From contig OU015569.1 in assembly GCA_907165135.1 (NCBI GenBank), positions 10,602,001 to 10,666,000 of the forward strand: a DNA stretch of 64,000 nt, given 5' to 3'. Shown one piece after another: positions 62,491 through 64,000 of the stretch. The translations under genes were made by a program, and so were the position numbers. The DNA is from Oikopleura dioica. Its lineage: Eukaryota; Animalia; Chordata. Below the pieces are notes generated by a model that was not told the DNA's origin, did no database searches, and worked only from the letters and a program-made list of their open reading frames with translations. Every line of letters starts with the position of its first letter. The stretch's first letter is position 1.

Positions 62491-64000
62491 AAGATTCAAA
62501 AAGAGTTGTTTAATATAATTTACATTTGATATAATAATATATATTTAATATATATATATTATATTAAATATATATTTGATATAATGTTTACATTTGATAT
62601 ACATATTGAACCATTTTAAGCATATATTGGGCTTGAAACGGCTTGAACCGTCAGAAACCGCTTTTTACCACGAGACTTTCTCAGTGGTTTTGGCTTATTC
62701 AATCATTCGACGAATGTTCTTAATACAAGATTCAAGTTGATATACATATTGATGCTATTTTGTTCATTTCTGGTCTTGAATAACTATGAACCACCATGAA
62801 CCGCAAGAATAACCGGGCGGTTTAATTTCATAATGTGTTTTAAAGACTCGCTCTTGTAAATGAATACATTTGATAACCATATTGAACCATTATGAGCATG
62901 TTTTTAGCTTGAACCGGCTTGAACCGTCTTGAACCGCCATTTACCGGGAGAGTTACCGGTTGGTTCGGGCTTATTTAATGATTTTATGAATGTACTTAAT
63001 ATAAGTTTCAATTTGATATACATATTGCTGCTATTTTGCTCATTTCTGCGCTTGAACCACCATGAACCACCATGAACCGCAAGAGTAACCAGGCGGTTGA
63101 ACTTCTGAATATGTTTAAAAGAATCGCTGTTGAAAATGAATTCATTTGATATACATATTTCCACATTTTGACCTATTTCCGGGTATGAACCGCGACGAAC
63201 CGGAAGCACCACCGGCTGGTCAAAAAAATACCACGCCATTTTGTTCAGTGATTCATAAGCTTTAATTTGAGCTATAAAACATCATCATAGCATACTTATA
63301 TCAGAAGTTGATAATATTGGATTTTCGTATCTGGCCGCTTGCGTAAACTTTGGAGCTCTAGAATCATATGAAGGAAGCGCTCCGCAATAATAAATTTCAT
63401 ATGTATCGACGCGTCTTGCGCTTATCTTTCACATGGTAGGCATCAAATTATCAAAATCGATCTAGCACGCACTCAAAAGCCGCTTCTAATCAAACTAGTG
63501 CTTTTTTTCTTGCTAAAAATCCCCCAAAAAAAGAGGTAAGATGACTCATATCGAAAATTCTGCAAGTGCAGTTTTTCAAGGCTTGTCTTGATGCATATGT
63601 TCTGAAAGTATGGGGAGATTTTTCAAAAGAACCTGTGAAATAGAAAACACCGCGGTAAGCCTACAAATAGAAGATATACAACTATCTGCCCCTTGATTCT
63701 TTCGTCCTCATATATAAATCTGAATTGAAAAGGTCAGCTGCCGGGTTAAAAGAGGTTTTAAGCAGGCACAGTAAAAGCTGGAATTGACAGGTGGGTCTCT
63801 AGTGTAAAATCTCGAAAAAAGTCGGGAGTGGCCTTCCGGGACTCTCTGAAAATGCAGACTGACAAGTGCCAGGGAGAAAGTGGAAAGCGCACGAATCTCC
63901 GCGCGCGACTATTGGCTCGAATTTGACGCGTGGGCGGTCGTCCCGTCAGATGATTTTCCGGCGGTGGCGTCGACCCTAGCTGGTTAGGAACTCGAGCTCC

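Larger units (their letters stand above)
59093..63663. mobile_element. 4571-bp foldback-type palindromic non-autonomous element with hAT-like ends (TAGGC...GCCTA) and an 8-bp TSD
   Basis: TSD CAAATAGA at 59085-59092 and 63664-63671. ~1.15-kb inverted arms enclose inverted 57-bp minisatellite arrays meeting at ~61830-61855. No transposase motifs. Confidence 0.92.

Noticed and set aside
60203-62491. Repetitive proteins (YKRAWPPLRVGLAPSQTEL / NGPGLPFGSAWPRLRLNC)
   Set aside because: These are open frames produced by a 57-nt unit (a multiple of 3) that lacks stops in two frames. No start context or other coding evidence.

Overview
Eukaryotic, very gene-dense animal DNA with ~40-bp introns, co-oriented gene arrays and frequent non-GT (GA/GC/GG-AG) introns. 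This is the signature of a larvacean tunicate, most likely Oikopleura dioica (inference). About 24 spliced protein genes can be reconstructed. A + strand array runs MLX, B4GAT1-like, ECHS1, DCTN2, MRPL47, NEK4, CTU2, DEF8, RBM7. It is followed by an inhibitory Smad6/7, a small HSP, a trypsin-like protease, an ankyrin-DHHC palmitoyltransferase and tensin. A - strand array runs NUP88, THUMPD1, GANP/MCM3AP, KLHL21, followed on + by SUN, an ankyrin protein and a DPP4-like peptidase. Five non-autonomous DNA transposons with different TIR/TSD signatures are present, including a 4.6-kb foldback palindrome. The most striking signal is an apparent transposon-to-intron continuum. Two intact TIR+TSD elements sit inside coding exons (MRPL47, tensin). 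At least six non-GT introns are closed by an inverted-repeat stem that starts ~3 nt inside the donor and ends ~5-9 nt before the acceptor AG. One of these introns also carries an unrecognised nested 4-exon antisense gene. All exon boundaries were inferred by hand from frame and remembered homology, not from transcripts.
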